Virus record (IMG/VR): IMGVR_UViG_3300037483_001818
Reading direction: 5' to 3' (one strand)
Source of the DNA: a virus
Lineage: Duplodnaviria > Heunggongvirae > Uroviricota > Caudoviricetes
Length of the DNA stretch: 64,000 nt
In this document: positions 9,859 through 19,832 of the stretch, piece by piece
How positions within the stretch are numbered: position 1 is the stretch's first letter
How the letters are laid out: the number at the start of each line of letters is the position of its first letter
The notes under the pieces: generated by a model
Databases searched by the model: none
What the model was told of the DNA's origin: nothing
The model's input: the letters and a program-made list of their open reading frames with translations, nothing else
Program-made: the position numbers and the translations under genes

Positions 9859-10095
9859 ATGCGTCCACTGAGTGCGAAGGACCTCGATCGGCTCTGCCGG
9901 CTTGCTGCGACCGGCGACGTTGGGCTGCCAGTCCCGCACGCACGCCGTGGACGCTGGCTGTTCGCGCTCAAACGGAGACTCGCGCGCTGGGGATCGACGC
10001 CGCCGCGCAATGTGGCCGGACGGCTGCTCTACCCGCAGCGGATCTACGTCACCGATCTCGGCCAGAGCCTCGCGGAAATGTGCCCTAAGCAATAA
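9859..10095 (+). CDS. Small putative winged-helix protein
   Basis: LSAKDLDRLCRLA...IYVTDLGQSL. Confidence 0.4.
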   Translation: MRPLSAKDLDRLCRLAATGDVGLPVPHARRGRWLFALKRRLARWGSTPPRNVAGRLLYPQRIYVTDLGQSLAEMCPKQ

Positions 10096-10110
10096 GCTCG
10101 AAACTGCCAG

Positions 10111-10560
10111 ATGAAGCTGACCACCACGCATCGCGATCTCGTCACGCAGATCGTCGCGCGCGACGTCGCTGCCGGCGTCGAGCTCGCCCGCTCGATCGGA
10201 CATCAGATGCCCAAGGACTTCGCCGTCGGGGTCCGCTTCGTCGAAGACGGCGTGCACACGCGAATTCGGATGCGCCTCGATGACGTGACCTACGATGCCA
10301 TCGTGGAGCTGCCGCATCTCGACGGACGGCTATCGATCAGGGCCGTCGACGCGATGTGGAAAACCGCGTGGGAGCGCATCCACAGCGACGCTCTCGTCCT
10401 CGCGCAGGTCTGGCTCGACAAGCATCCCGAGACCTTCGTTCCAAAAGAGGGCGCTGCCAAGGCACTCGCGATCCTCGACGCGCTCGCGGCCGATGACATG
10501 CTGCAAGCACGTTGGATGGATTCGTGCCGCGAGCGAGCGAAGCACTTCACCTATCGGTAA
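10111..10560 (+). CDS. Hypothetical protein
   Basis: 149 aa ORF with GC3-biased codons. Confidence 0.65.
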   Translation: MKLTTTHRDLVTQIVARDVAAGVELARSIGHQMPKDFAVGVRFVEDGVHTRIRMRLDDVTYDAIVELPHLDGRLSIRAVDAMWKTAWERIHSDALVLAQVWLDKHPETFVPKEGAAKALAILDALAADDMLQARWMDSCRERAKHFTYR

Positions 10561-10634
10561 TCAGGCAGCTCGGCGGGACAGAACGTGCACAGAAGTCGCG
10601 TTTGTGCCCCCGGCGGCGGTAAGCTCGACGCGTC

Positions 10635-11435
10635 ATGACTGCGCTCAAGGACATTGTTTTCGAGACTGATCAGTATTGGGTGAAACGTGTGCCCAAGGGA
10701 TTTGAAGTCTACAAGACAGGGCTTACCCACAGCACACGCGTAGCCATCATTGGCTATACCGGCGACAAGGGGCTGCAACGCGCAAAGCAGGAGATCGCGC
10801 GAAGAGAAGGCTCGAACCTTCAACGCTCGGCGCACACGACGATGACGAAGAAGTCGCCGGCCCAGCTCGATCGCGAGATCGTGGAAGCACTCGCGAACAA
10901 GGACAAGCCGACGACGTGGAAGCAGCGTGAGGCCCTCTACGAACGAGGTGCGCGCTCCGACTGCACCGACTTTCTGCTGAGCTACCTGCCCTACGCGGGG
11001 GAGGAGCCCTATTCCTCGCGGAGCGGGCAGGGCTCCTACGAGGAGTGCTACGACACGCGCGATCTCGCGAAGCGGCGACTCCAGCAGCTCCGCAAGGACG
11101 GGCGGATCGAGTGGGCGAAGATCTACCAGCACGATCATCGCTACCCCCTGCAACGCAAGCTCGTCGACGAATGGGAAGAGAGGCGTCGCGCGCATTCGAC
11201 GGTCAAGACGTACAACGCTCCGAAGCCTGATCTGACCGTGCGCCAGATCAACGCCATCGTACGGGCGGCGGACGGCCGCAATATCTACCTGATCCGCACC
11301 AGGCTCGGCGACGAGACCGTCCAGCGCATCACGCGCGCGCGCACCAAAGGCCGCGAAACGGAGGTGCGCTCTCTCGCTACGGGGAACTGGATCCCTGTGC
11401 TCCCCGAGCGCGGCGACAAGCTCGAAGTGCGCTGA
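10635..11435 (+). CDS. Three-module hypothetical protein with internal KKSPAQLDREIVEAL motif
   Basis: Apparent modules separated by RSAHTTMTKKSPAQLDREIVEAL (motif 10848-10892) and RRAHSTVKT. Confidence 0.8.
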   Translation: MTALKDIVFETDQYWVKRVPKGFEVYKTGLTHSTRVAIIGYTGDKGLQRAKQEIARREGSNLQRSAHTTMTKKSPAQLDREIVEALANKDKPTTWKQREALYERGARSDCTDFLLSYLPYAGEEPYSSRSGQGSYEECYDTRDLAKRRLQQLRKDGRIEWAKIYQHDHRYPLQRKLVDEWEERRRAHSTVKTYNAPKPDLTVRQINAIVRAADGRNIYLIRTRLGDETVQRITRARTKGRETEVRSLATGNWIPVLPERGDKLEVR

Positions 11436-11438
11436 CGC

Positions 11439-12086
11439 TCAGAACAGTAGCGCTGCAAGCTTGCGCTCGATCTTCTTGAGCCTGTCGGCGAGATCCTTGG
11501 CGCGCTGCTTGTAGCTGTACGGTGGCAGCTCGAACCCGCGCTCACGGTAGCGCTCGTTCTGCCACGAGCGAAGGAGCGCCTGGCGCCGCTCGGCGTCGAA
11601 GCCGCGACCACCGAGCGTCCATACGTACGCGTCTCCCATGCCCCAGACTTGTCGCGCGCCGTGCGGATCGGGGCGCTCCTCCCGTAGCTCGGGCGACGGT
11701 GCCTGGAGTGCTTCCACGGCGCGCCATGCCTCGGACGCACGTGCGTGCTCATCCTGCGCCACGGCGAGCTCGCCACGCAATCTCGAGCGCGTCTTGGCTG
11801 CGCTCACCGCGCTCTTGAGTCGCGACTGCACCTCCATCGATTCGCCCTTGGCGCAGCCCGATCCGATGTTCGCCCGCCGCCCGTCGGACAGCTCGACGTC
11901 GACGTGGATCTCGTGCTCGCGACAACAGCGATCGCACGGACGCAAATCCCCGGATCCAGGCACTGGAACCAGTCGATCATCGACCTCGATGCGGTCGCGC
12001 GTGTCGCGCACGTCCAAAATGCGAGCGATCGTCGGGAACGTGGGCGTGGCTGCCACGATGCTGAGCATATGGTAAGTGCGGCTCAC
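11439..12086 (-). CDS. Hypothetical protein with Cys motifs and coiled coil
   Basis: CDRCCREH...IGSGC; 215 aa. Confidence 0.6.
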   Translation of the reverse strand: MSRTYHMLSIVAATPTFPTIARILDVRDTRDRIEVDDRLVPVPGSGDLRPCDRCCREHEIHVDVELSDGRRANIGSGCAKGESMEVQSRLKSAVSAAKTRSRLRGELAVAQDEHARASEAWRAVEALQAPSPELREERPDPHGARQVWGMGDAYVWTLGGRGFDAERRQALLRSWQNERYRERGFELPPYSYKQRAKDLADRLKKIERKLAALLF

Positions 12087-12147
12087 GGCGCGGAGCAGAG
12101 CGCCGTTTCATCGCTGTTCCTTACACCTTACACCAGCGCTACAATCG

Positions 12148-12648
12148 TCACCTCGGCCGGCGCAGACGCCGTTGCCGCGACCGCACATCCTCATCAAGAA
12201 GGCTGCCCTTCTCCGCCATCTTCTCCATGCGCTTCTCCATGGCCGGCGTGATCTTGAAGCGCTTTCGCAGATCGTCCATGTTGGCGGCCTGCTTGATGGC
12301 GTTGAACTTCGTAAGCAGCCCCCTCATGCGTTCCTTCGGCGTGCGTGCAGCCAGACCGGTGATCGCCTTATTGCCCACAGCTTGGAGATAGTCATCGATC
12401 TCACGTGCAAGTTGTTGTGGTGATTTTCTCGGCACGGAAGCTTTCATCGTTGCGTGATGGCTCCTACTGGTCGCGAGAACCTCGACGACCTGCGCCCATT
12501 TTGACGACTCGTAGCGACTCTCCATGGAGCGCGCGTAGCGTCCCGCCGCGTTCTTGTCTCCCTTGAAACGCTTGAGCGTGCGCTCTGCTAGTGCGACCAC
12601 CTCAGCGTGTGTGAACGATTTCTCGAAGCTCTTGATATTGCCGCGCAC
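12148..12648 (-). CDS. Basic hypothetical protein with variant motif RKSPQQLAREIDDYL
   Basis: SRSHHATMKASVPRKSPQQLAREIDDYL; TGTTAAGCT 6 nt before the GTG start. Confidence 0.75.
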   Translation of the reverse strand: MRGNIKSFEKSFTHAEVVALAERTLKRFKGDKNAAGRYARSMESRYESSKWAQVVEVLATSRSHHATMKASVPRKSPQQLAREIDDYLQAVGNKAITGLAARTPKERMRGLLTKFNAIKQAANMDDLRKRFKITPAMEKRMEKMAEKGSLLDEDVRSRQRRLRRPR

Positions 12649-12720
12649 GCGGGGAGCTTAACATCCTCGGGGCGCAGCCGATAATTTGCCCCCAGATCTC
12701 GGGCGGTTTAGCGTTGATCC

Positions 12721-13383
<663 letters not shown>

Positions 13384-13391
13384 GCTGACGA

Positions 13392-13763
13392 TCAACGCAC
13401 GGTCGGCAGTCCGAGCCGTGTGACAAGCTTGCCGAGAGCGTGACACGCCTCCGCGCGGCAGTTGCGTGGCATCGCGCGCAGGTCCTCACACGCCTCGTCG
13501 TCGACTACGACCAGCCGCCAGTGCCCGCCGCGCCCACTCCAGCCGAGCTTGCCCCAGGGCGGGAAGGGCACGTCAACGGGATGTCCGCTCGGGCGGTGCG
13601 TCACGATCGCGCGCTCGATCAGGGTGAGCGTTCGACCTATCGTGGCGTCGAGCTCGCCGAGCTGCCGGCTCTTCGCCGCGAGCTGCATGACAACCTCGCG
13701 CAGCGGTGGCGCGTCCGACGGCGGCACGTACGGAGCGGCTTGCTTGGGGCGCTTGCGCTTCAG
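13392..13763 (-). CDS. Hypothetical protein sharing its N-terminal module with 15908..16222
   Basis: KRKRPKQAAPYVPPSDAPPLREVVMQLAAK; start uncertain (CTG overlapping the upstream stop). Confidence 0.55.
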   Translation of the reverse strand: MKRKRPKQAAPYVPPSDAPPLREVVMQLAAKSRQLGELDATIGRTLTLIERAIVTHRPSGHPVDVPFPPWGKLGWSGRGGHWRLVVVDDEACEDLRAMPRNCRAEACHALGKLVTRLGLPTVR

Positions 13764-14053
13764 CGGGTTCGCTCCCAGTGATCGCGCGCTCTTTCCCACA
13801 TATCGAGCTGCCGGGTGTCCTTGACCTGATCCGCGTACCAGGGCAGTCCCGGAAATTCGGTCTCCCACGCGCGCACTTCTTTTTCGTGTGCGCTCAGGCG
13901 TGGGCGCGGACGCTTGGAGTACGCGTTGGCCACCACAAGACCCACGACCACGAGGCCGGCGCCGCCGAGCAACCAGGGAAGGGCCGAGCGCCCCAACGGC
14001 GCGTCGGCTCCGACGTAGGGGCGAGGGCTGTAGTGACCGCGCTCGTTCGACAT
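13760..14053 (-). CDS. Small single-TM membrane protein
   Basis: ALPWLLGGAGLVVVGLVVANAY hydrophobic segment; TAGACT 6 nt before the ATG. Confidence 0.7.
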   Translation of the reverse strand: MSNERGHYSPRPYVGADAPLGRSALPWLLGGAGLVVVGLVVANAYSKRPRPRLSAHEKEVRAWETEFPGLPWYADQVKDTRQLDMWERARDHWERTR

Positions 14054-14548
14054 GGGTCGAGTCTACCTCGAAGTCGATCGACGCTTCCCGCCGATCCTGA
14101 CGTCGCGCAACGCTTCGGTGAACAACACCTGCGTGTTTCGGCGCTGTCCTTCCAAACGTTGGGAAGCTGCCTCGACAGCTTCGTCGATGGTATCGGCAAA
14201 GGTCCAGCTGTGCCCGGCAGTACCGTCCTCGATATTCCAACGCCAGCCATATCCCTTGAGGCGTTCGTACTCTTGCGGCGTCGAGTCCCCGCGACTTGAG
14301 CGCAAGGAGTCTTTGGGCAACTTGAATGGCAGAACGATGCCGTGACCGAGATCGATCTTCGAGCGATCTACGTGCACGACTTGCCGGCCAGGACCGTAGC
14401 CCCAAAGCACCCACGTGCCCGGCTCGATTTGAAGATGCCACTTGTTCATGGGACCCTCTTCGCAAGCGCTTCGCACCCACGCACGCGATAGGGCCGGCCG
14501 TAGAGACCGCGCTCGTTCGACATGGAATCGAGTCTACCTCGAAGTCGA
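14035..14548. repeat. ~43 bp direct repeat spanning stop/promoter/start junctions (14035-14077 and 14505-14548)
   Basis: GACCGCGCTCGTTCGACATGG(g/aa)TCGAGTCTACCTCGAAGTCGA occurs twice. Confidence 0.85.
14063..14449 (-). CDS. Hypothetical protein
   Basis: MNKWHLQIEPG...; lies between the two direct repeats. Confidence 0.65.
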   Translation of the reverse strand: MNKWHLQIEPGTWVLWGYGPGRQVVHVDRSKIDLGHGIVLPFKLPKDSLRSSRGDSTPQEYERLKGYGWRWNIEDGTAGHSWTFADTIDEAVEAASQRLEGQRRNTQVLFTEALRDVRIGGKRRSTSR

Positions 14549-14772
14549 ACGATGCTTGAGACCCAGTTCGTGGCGGTAGTAGGACGCAGATCTACCAGCC
14601 GCAAGGTCATCGGCACACCCGTCGACCCAACCGACGAACCCGTTTTCCCACCTTTCGTCAGACAGATCGAATCCGAGAAGGAGCAGGAATGTGAGTTGGT
14701 AACGCGTCTCGTTCGGCATTTGTGCTGTTTCTCCTTCGTCGCCTTGAGCCTTGAACTTGACGCGCCCGCGCT

Positions 14773-15663
14773 TCACGGGTTACGCCATGAAATCCTCAAG
14801 TACATCGACTGATCAAGACCGCGCAAGCGCCCTGTTGGCGACGCATGGGGTGCGATGTTGTAGCCGACCCAGCGGCACTCTCGACCCGTCGGTCCATAGT
14901 CGATATCGAACAGGTACCACGTGCGCTGATCCTCGCGCGCGTAGACCAGGTAGCTCCCGTCAGCCATGTATCCACGTATCAACGTGACGCTGGTGTCGAG
15001 AAGGCGACGGCGCACGTCGCGCTTCCACGCTTCATAGACCTTCCAAGAGAAGGCCATGTGATCGTGGAAATAGTGAAAAACCTCAGTGGTCGAATGGACC
15101 TCGGTAACAACGACGTCCGTGACCTGCGCAAGTACCTCGGAGATGTCTTGCCGGCGAACATCGCTCCACCGTGAAACAGAAGGGCTGCCAATCTCGTCAC
15201 CGATGCGGCGGCGCCGCTCGTCGCTGGCCTGGCGCTCTTCTGCTTGTCGAAGCACCTCGGCCCTCTGCTCCGCGCACTCCGCCTCTTTGATCTCTTCGTC
15301 CGCTTTCTCGGCCATCTCGATCTTTTGACGAATCTCGAGAGCAACGTGCGGCTGAAGTATCCGGCAGCGCGATGGATGACGCAGCTTGCGGAGCGCCTTG
15401 GCGAGGATCTGGTGGATGCGGCCACCGCTGATACCCAGCTGTGCCCCTAGCTCGTCGTAGGAGCAGTCGTCACCCTCGAATCCGTAGTAGCGACGGACGA
15501 TCAGCGCTTCTCTGGGCGTGAGCGATCCGAGCACGCGGTCGATGTCAGCCCGGAGTTCGTGAAGCTCGGTGATCTCGTCCGGCCTGGGGATTGGGCTCAC
15601 GGGCGAGTGCACCTTGCCGCCGTTCGAGCACGCCCGTCGATCGAGGGCGTCTTGGCTGATCAC
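14773..15663 (-). CDS. Sigma70 region-4 (RpoD-like HTH) fused to an unknown C-terminal domain
   Basis: VLGSLTPREALIVRRYYGF...SYDELGAQLGISGGRIHQILAKALRKLRHPSR; no region 2 present. Confidence 0.85.
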   Translation of the reverse strand: MISQDALDRRACSNGGKVHSPVSPIPRPDEITELHELRADIDRVLGSLTPREALIVRRYYGFEGDDCSYDELGAQLGISGGRIHQILAKALRKLRHPSRCRILQPHVALEIRQKIEMAEKADEEIKEAECAEQRAEVLRQAEERQASDERRRRIGDEIGSPSVSRWSDVRRQDISEVLAQVTDVVVTEVHSTTEVFHYFHDHMAFSWKVYEAWKRDVRRRLLDTSVTLIRGYMADGSYLVYAREDQRTWYLFDIDYGPTGRECRWVGYNIAPHASPTGRLRGLDQSMYLRISWRNP

Positions 15664-15911
15664 GTTTCGCCGCTCGACAGCCGAAGCGCAGTGTCGGCCA
15701 TCGCCGTCCGCCAGTACTCGTAGGCTGCGTCCGCCTCACCCTCGTTGCCGCGCCACGCGCGCCGTGAAAGGACGCCAGCGCGATACAAGCTCGCGAGAGT
15801 GACACGCTCACCGCTGCGGGCGGCGCGGTACCACAGCCCGCGCCGGTTGTGCGCCGAGACGACGCCGAAGACGTAGCGCTGGAGTTTCGTGAACCGCTGG
15901 AGCGGTTTCAT
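15660..15911 (-). CDS. Small wHTH-like protein, paralog of 17070..17312
   Basis: TKLQRYVFGVVS...GERVTLASLYRAGVL.RRAWRGNEGEADAAYEY is shared. Confidence 0.75.
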   Translation of the reverse strand: MKPLQRFTKLQRYVFGVVSAHNRRGLWYRAARSGERVTLASLYRAGVLSRRAWRGNEGEADAAYEYWRTAMADTALRLSSGET

Positions 15912-16222
15912 GACTCCTCCGAGCTGGCCAGCACGATCTGGCGATCTTCGACGGATCCCACAAACCCGTTGTCCCAGCGCACACGGATCCGCGCTCGCGT
16001 TCCGCCGGATCCGTGCGGTACCCTCGTTACCTTGAGGATCGTGCCGACCACGTCGCCGCGGCTCGCGACCTCCGCGCCAACCGCCTTGTTCCGAACGACG
16101 CGGTCACCCACCTTGAAGTCGAACTGCCTCTTGGCCGAGAGCTGAGCGACGACCTCGCGCACCGGCGGTGCACCTGGGGGCGGCGTGTACGGCGTCGCCT
16201 TCTTCGCGCGTTTGCGTTTCAC
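15908..16222 (-). CDS. Hypothetical protein with SH3-like C-terminal part
   Basis: FKVGDRVVR...GTILKV...IRVRWDNG; N-terminal module shared with 13392..13763. Confidence 0.6.
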   Translation of the reverse strand: MKRKRAKKATPYTPPPGAPPVREVVAQLSAKRQFDFKVGDRVVRNKAVGAEVASRGDVVGTILKVTRVPHGSGGTRARIRVRWDNGFVGSVEDRQIVLASSEES

Positions 16223-17040
16223 AGCGCTACCACGCGTCCATGCTGCCGGAAGAATCTCTCGCCGGCGTGATGCCGCTCGACAGCTCTCCAGTAGGCAGGA
16301 TCTTCGGTGGGGTGCACATCAGGGATCGGCGTGACCGCCTCGAAGAAAGCGCGCTCCTCATCCTTCGTGTCGTACCAATCGTCGCAGTTGAAGTCCTCGA
16401 ACTCGTACAGATCGGGCGTGTGGACCTTGCCGTCCACCCACAGCTGTATCCACGCCGCGTCCTGCGGCTTCGGATCATCGTTCCCGCCGTCATCCCAGCT
16501 GTGGTCATCCGTGTAATCGCGTGACTCGTAGCGATCACGATCCTCGTACTCGTAGCGATCACGATCCTCGTACCAGTCGTCATCGAAGTAGCAGGAGTCG
16601 TATTCGTGCGCGAGGGGCTCGTAGGTGTAGACGTCCTGGTGCGCACGCCACTCGGCGTACTCTTCGGCTGTCATGTCCAGGTGCATCCACCTGAGGCTGT
16701 CCTTGCCCTTTGCCTTGAGTAGCTCCTGTTCCTGCACCCACCACATCGGATCAGTGAACTGAATGCCGTGGCCGGCAGACCAACGATCGTGATCGAATTC
16801 GATTAGTTGGGTGTCGATGTGCAAACGCCCCGCGAAGCGAGCACGCTTGCTCATGCCGCGTGCGATGTCACGGCGCCCGAGGTTGTTGTCCGTCTTCGTG
16901 AAGCACGTGGGTACTTGCCCGAGGAACCCATCTGAGGGCCGCGTCGCACGGTTTCTGCCTGCATTGCTGCGCACGTGGTCAGGACGCGTGGTGCTCCACC
17001 GAGAACCGTATCCGCTACGTCGCGCGCCGTACTTGAGCAT
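16219..17040 (-). CDS. Acidic low-complexity hypothetical protein
   Basis: D/Y/E-rich, with a YEDRDRYE tandem duplication; start uncertain. Confidence 0.6.
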   Translation of the reverse strand: MLKYGARRSGYGSRWSTTRPDHVRSNAGRNRATRPSDGFLGQVPTCFTKTDNNLGRRDIARGMSKRARFAGRLHIDTQLIEFDHDRWSAGHGIQFTDPMWWVQEQELLKAKGKDSLRWMHLDMTAEEYAEWRAHQDVYTYEPLAHEYDSCYFDDDWYEDRDRYEYEDRDRYESRDYTDDHSWDDGGNDDPKPQDAAWIQLWVDGKVHTPDLYEFEDFNCDDWYDTKDEERAFFEAVTPIPDVHPTEDPAYWRAVERHHAGERFFRQHGRVVAL

Positions 17041-17069
17041 TCGATCTTCCCCGCTTTGTAGCTAGAGGT

Positions 17070-17312
17070 TCACGGCTTCACGCCGTCGGACAGCGTCTGC
17101 CGTAGGACCTGATCCGCTTCCTGCGTCAGTTGGTACTCGTAGGCCGCGTCCGCCTCGCCCTCGTTACCGCGCCATGCCCGCCGCTTGAGCACGCCGGCCC
17201 GATAGAGACTCGCGAGCGTGACACGCTCACCGCTCGACGCTGCGCGATACCAGAGGCCGCGCAGGTGATGACCAGAAACGACGCCGAACACGTAGCGCTG
17301 GAGCTTGGTCAT
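17070..17312 (-). CDS. Small wHTH-like protein, paralog of 15660..15911
   Basis: Near-identical core to 15660..15911. Confidence 0.75.
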   Translation of the reverse strand: MTKLQRYVFGVVSGHHLRGLWYRAASSGERVTLASLYRAGVLKRRAWRGNEGEADAAYEYQLTQEADQVLRQTLSDGVKP

Positions 17313-18202
17313 GACTGATGTCCCTTGTAGATCGCGTCACCGTCGACCTCGCAACCAAACAGCTTCCCGGCGCAGTCACGGCCGACCCACAGGGAGTGAG
17401 GCACCTTGTCCGCGTTGTACGCGAGGATCGGCACCCAGTTGAATGGATTCTGGATCGCGTGCCCGCACGCCTGGCATTGCTGGTTGTTCTCGCTGTAGTG
17501 GAAGCGCGACGTGTTGTGACGCGTGCCCTCGGGCCAGTCGATCACGATTTCGTACACGCGCATCTTCTGTCCCTTGAAGACGAAGTCGACCCACTCGCCG
17601 TGCATTGGCGGCGACTGGATCGTCGAGACGTCGAGGCCGATGTTCTCGCCGACGGTCTTGGCGACCGTCGGCGACAGCGTCTTCATGACGACGACGGCCT
17701 TGGGGCGGCGAGAGTCGAGCAGCTCGATCAGTTCTGCGACCGGCGCGAACGCCTCCGCCCACCGGAGCGCGTCCTGGGCGTACGGCTTCTCCACACAGCT
17801 GAACTTCTTCTTGGCCGCGCTGAGCTTGGTGCGAAGTTCTTGCAGCAGCCGCGGGGCGCGTTTGAATGAGCCGAACAAAAGGCTCGCCTGCGCTTCGTTG
17901 AGCGGATGATCGTGACGCAGGTGCAACGAGCCGAACGAGTACTCGCCGAAGTCCTTCTCGACCTTGCGCGCCCACTTCGCCGCGATGTTCTGCTTGTTGA
18001 GCGTCGCGTGCACCGTGCGGGCGACACCCTTCTTCCAGTACCCGAGCTGCTCGGACTCGACCAGTGCCGGGATCGTGAAGTTGACGATCGTATCGCGGGC
18101 TTTGCCGCTGAACCACTCCAGGATGTTCTCGAAGCGCATGTCTTTGGGTACTGCGAACTGCACGCCAGGTCGATCGTTCGTCAAGTCAGCGATTGCACTC
18201 AC
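17309..18202 (-). CDS. Hypothetical protein with C-terminal Zn-finger-like motif
   Basis: CQACGHAI...VGRDCA; 297 aa with strong codon bias. Confidence 0.75.
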   Translation of the reverse strand: MSAIADLTNDRPGVQFAVPKDMRFENILEWFSGKARDTIVNFTIPALVESEQLGYWKKGVARTVHATLNKQNIAAKWARKVEKDFGEYSFGSLHLRHDHPLNEAQASLLFGSFKRAPRLLQELRTKLSAAKKKFSCVEKPYAQDALRWAEAFAPVAELIELLDSRRPKAVVVMKTLSPTVAKTVGENIGLDVSTIQSPPMHGEWVDFVFKGQKMRVYEIVIDWPEGTRHNTSRFHYSENNQQCQACGHAIQNPFNWVPILAYNADKVPHSLWVGRDCAGKLFGCEVDGDAIYKGHQS

Positions 18203-18205
18203 GAT

Positions 18206-18221
18206 GGGTAAAAATCTACCC
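18206..18221. promoter_or_regulatory. Single GGGTA-N6-TACCC palindrome adjacent to a start codon
   Basis: GGGTAAAAATCTACCC, 3 nt upstream of the GTG at 18202. Confidence 0.65.
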
Positions 18222-18538
18222 GGATATCGATCGCTTCGACGTGTCTTGTTTTCACCAACACCAGCTAGCGATGACCGTCCGTCGCGTCAATGACGATCAA
18301 CATCTCCGGCGACCGTCGCGGCATCCCCGCGCTCGATGATCCGTCCTTCATGGCAGCTCCAGTCCTAGCGTTGTCCGACAACGCTTCCCTCACAACGGTG
18401 CGTTGCCGGCTTCCATGATCGAGTCGTCTTCGCGCTTGAGCTTCACGTCGAGAAACTTCTGCGCGCAGTCCTCGCCCACGAACATTCCGTGCGTGACGCC
18501 ATCGTCTCCGGTCGCGTGCACCGGCACGCGGTGTGACT

Positions 18539-19045
18539 TCATGACGAGCTTGTGCAGAGGTGGCAGTGCAGGCCGTCATGGAAGCGGCTGTCGAACCGCG
18601 TGCCGGCCGGGAACCTCGGATAGCCGACTATCACCTTGGCGCGGACCAGGCCCTTGATCTTGCCCTGCGGGATCATGCCCCAGCCGCCCTTCTGCTTGCC
18701 GCACGTCGGGCAGTTGCCGTAGGGCTTGTTCGCCTTGGACGCATCGCGGTGCGCGGCGTTTCGGTAGGCGAAGCTGTCCGGCGAGTTGTCTGGCGGTGGC
18801 GGGATGACGCGACCGTCTTCGATTCGCACGAACTTGTGGCCGTGGCAGGTCGGGCACGGGATCAATCCCGGAACCTCGCGCTCCTCCACGACCCACTCGA
18901 TCGGGGTGAGCTGCCACTGCGACGGCGTGGTGCTCATGATCGCGAGGGTTGCCAGGGCCTTCGCGCTGTGCGGCATGGTCGCCGTTGTCGCCAGGGACGC
19001 AGCGATCTCGCGATCGAGCTGAGCGGCAGTCTTCTTCTTGGCCAC
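18539..19045 (-). CDS. Zn-finger-like protein with N-terminal KKTAAQLDREIAASL motif
   Basis: MAKKKTAAQLDREIAASL; CPTCHG, CPTCG, CHLC. May be frameshifted near its end. Confidence 0.7.
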   Translation of the reverse strand: MAKKKTAAQLDREIAASLATTATMPHSAKALATLAIMSTTPSQWQLTPIEWVVEEREVPGLIPCPTCHGHKFVRIEDGRVIPPPPDNSPDSFAYRNAAHRDASKANKPYGNCPTCGKQKGGWGMIPQGKIKGLVRAKVIVGYPRFPAGTRFDSRFHDGLHCHLCTSSS

Positions 19046-19047
19046 GG

Positions 19048-19446
19048 CTAGTAGCCCATCTCATCATTGTACGCTTCGATCCCGTGCAGCATACCAGCCT
19101 CCATGGCCTGCTCGCGGCGCCACTCGCCGTCGGAGCGCTCCAGCTCGCGGCGGCGGCGCTCGCACGACGGACGATCAGGGTTCTGCGTCAGCTCGTGCGT
19201 CTCCGGGCCGTCGATCATGACGTACTCCCACGAGCCGCGCGGACCGCACGCACGCGCGAGCTGCGAGTCGTCGGGGAACATCACCACCTCGCGGTAGGCG
19301 AGGATCGCTTCCTCGCGCGTCGCGTAGTCGTCACCAGTCCAACAGTCGTCGTTGTCGGTCTCGTCGGGGTTCGAGCCCCACATCGTCACGCTGAAAGGCT
19401 TGTCAAGACCGTGGGTGAAGTCGCGGCGCTCGGGGGACGTCGTCAT
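19048..19446 (-). CDS. Hypothetical protein, first gene after a sigma54-type promoter
   Basis: MTTSPERR...; ATG 14 nt after the -12 GC. Confidence 0.7.
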   Translation of the reverse strand: MTTSPERRDFTHGLDKPFSVTMWGSNPDETDNDDCWTGDDYATREEAILAYREVVMFPDDSQLARACGPRGSWEYVMIDGPETHELTQNPDRPSCERRRRELERSDGEWRREQAMEAGMLHGIEAYNDEMGY

Positions 19447-19459
19447 GTATGCCTCTTGG

Positions 19460-19559
19460 TGCGAACCGCGCGCCAGAATACGCGCTCGGCAAGGCCGCGA
19501 ATAGCCTGCCGTGGGTAGCAGGCTACCCGTGCCACGACGCCGTGGGTAGCTCAAGACCC
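19460..19559 (-). promoter_or_regulatory. Sigma54-type promoter with two upstream palindromes
   Basis: Minus strand CTGGCGCGCGGTTCGCA at 19460-19476; GGGTAGCAGGCTACCC at 19513 and GGGTAGCTCAAGACCC at 19544. Confidence 0.7.
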
Positions 19560-19614
19560 GGATACCGAGCTCTACAGCCACGTCTTGGAGCGTGCCCCGA
19601 AACCCCCTCGAAAA

Positions 19615-19755
19615 TCAGACCTTTTGAGGAACCTGTCTGGGTTTTGAGGTGACCGATTCTAGTCTCGCGAGGTTTTGAGGTAGGTCGTGGTTCTACTCGC
19701 GTCGCGCAGTTCTACTCTCGTGAGGTTTTGAGGAACCGCGGTTATATTTTTGTCG
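19615..19755 (+). repeat. Intergenic repeat cluster (TTTTGAGG / GTTCTACT family)
   Basis: TTTTGAGG at 19622, 19642, 19673 and 19726; GTTCTACT occurs twice. Confidence 0.7.
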
Positions 19756-19832
19756 CGGGGCGCGGGACGATGCCGCTTCGCGACGTGCTTACGTAAGGGT
19801 CGTGTCGGCTCATTCTGTGACCTGGCGCGTTC

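Noticed and set aside
14773-15663. Complete sigma factor
   Set aside because: Only region 4 is present; there is no region 2.
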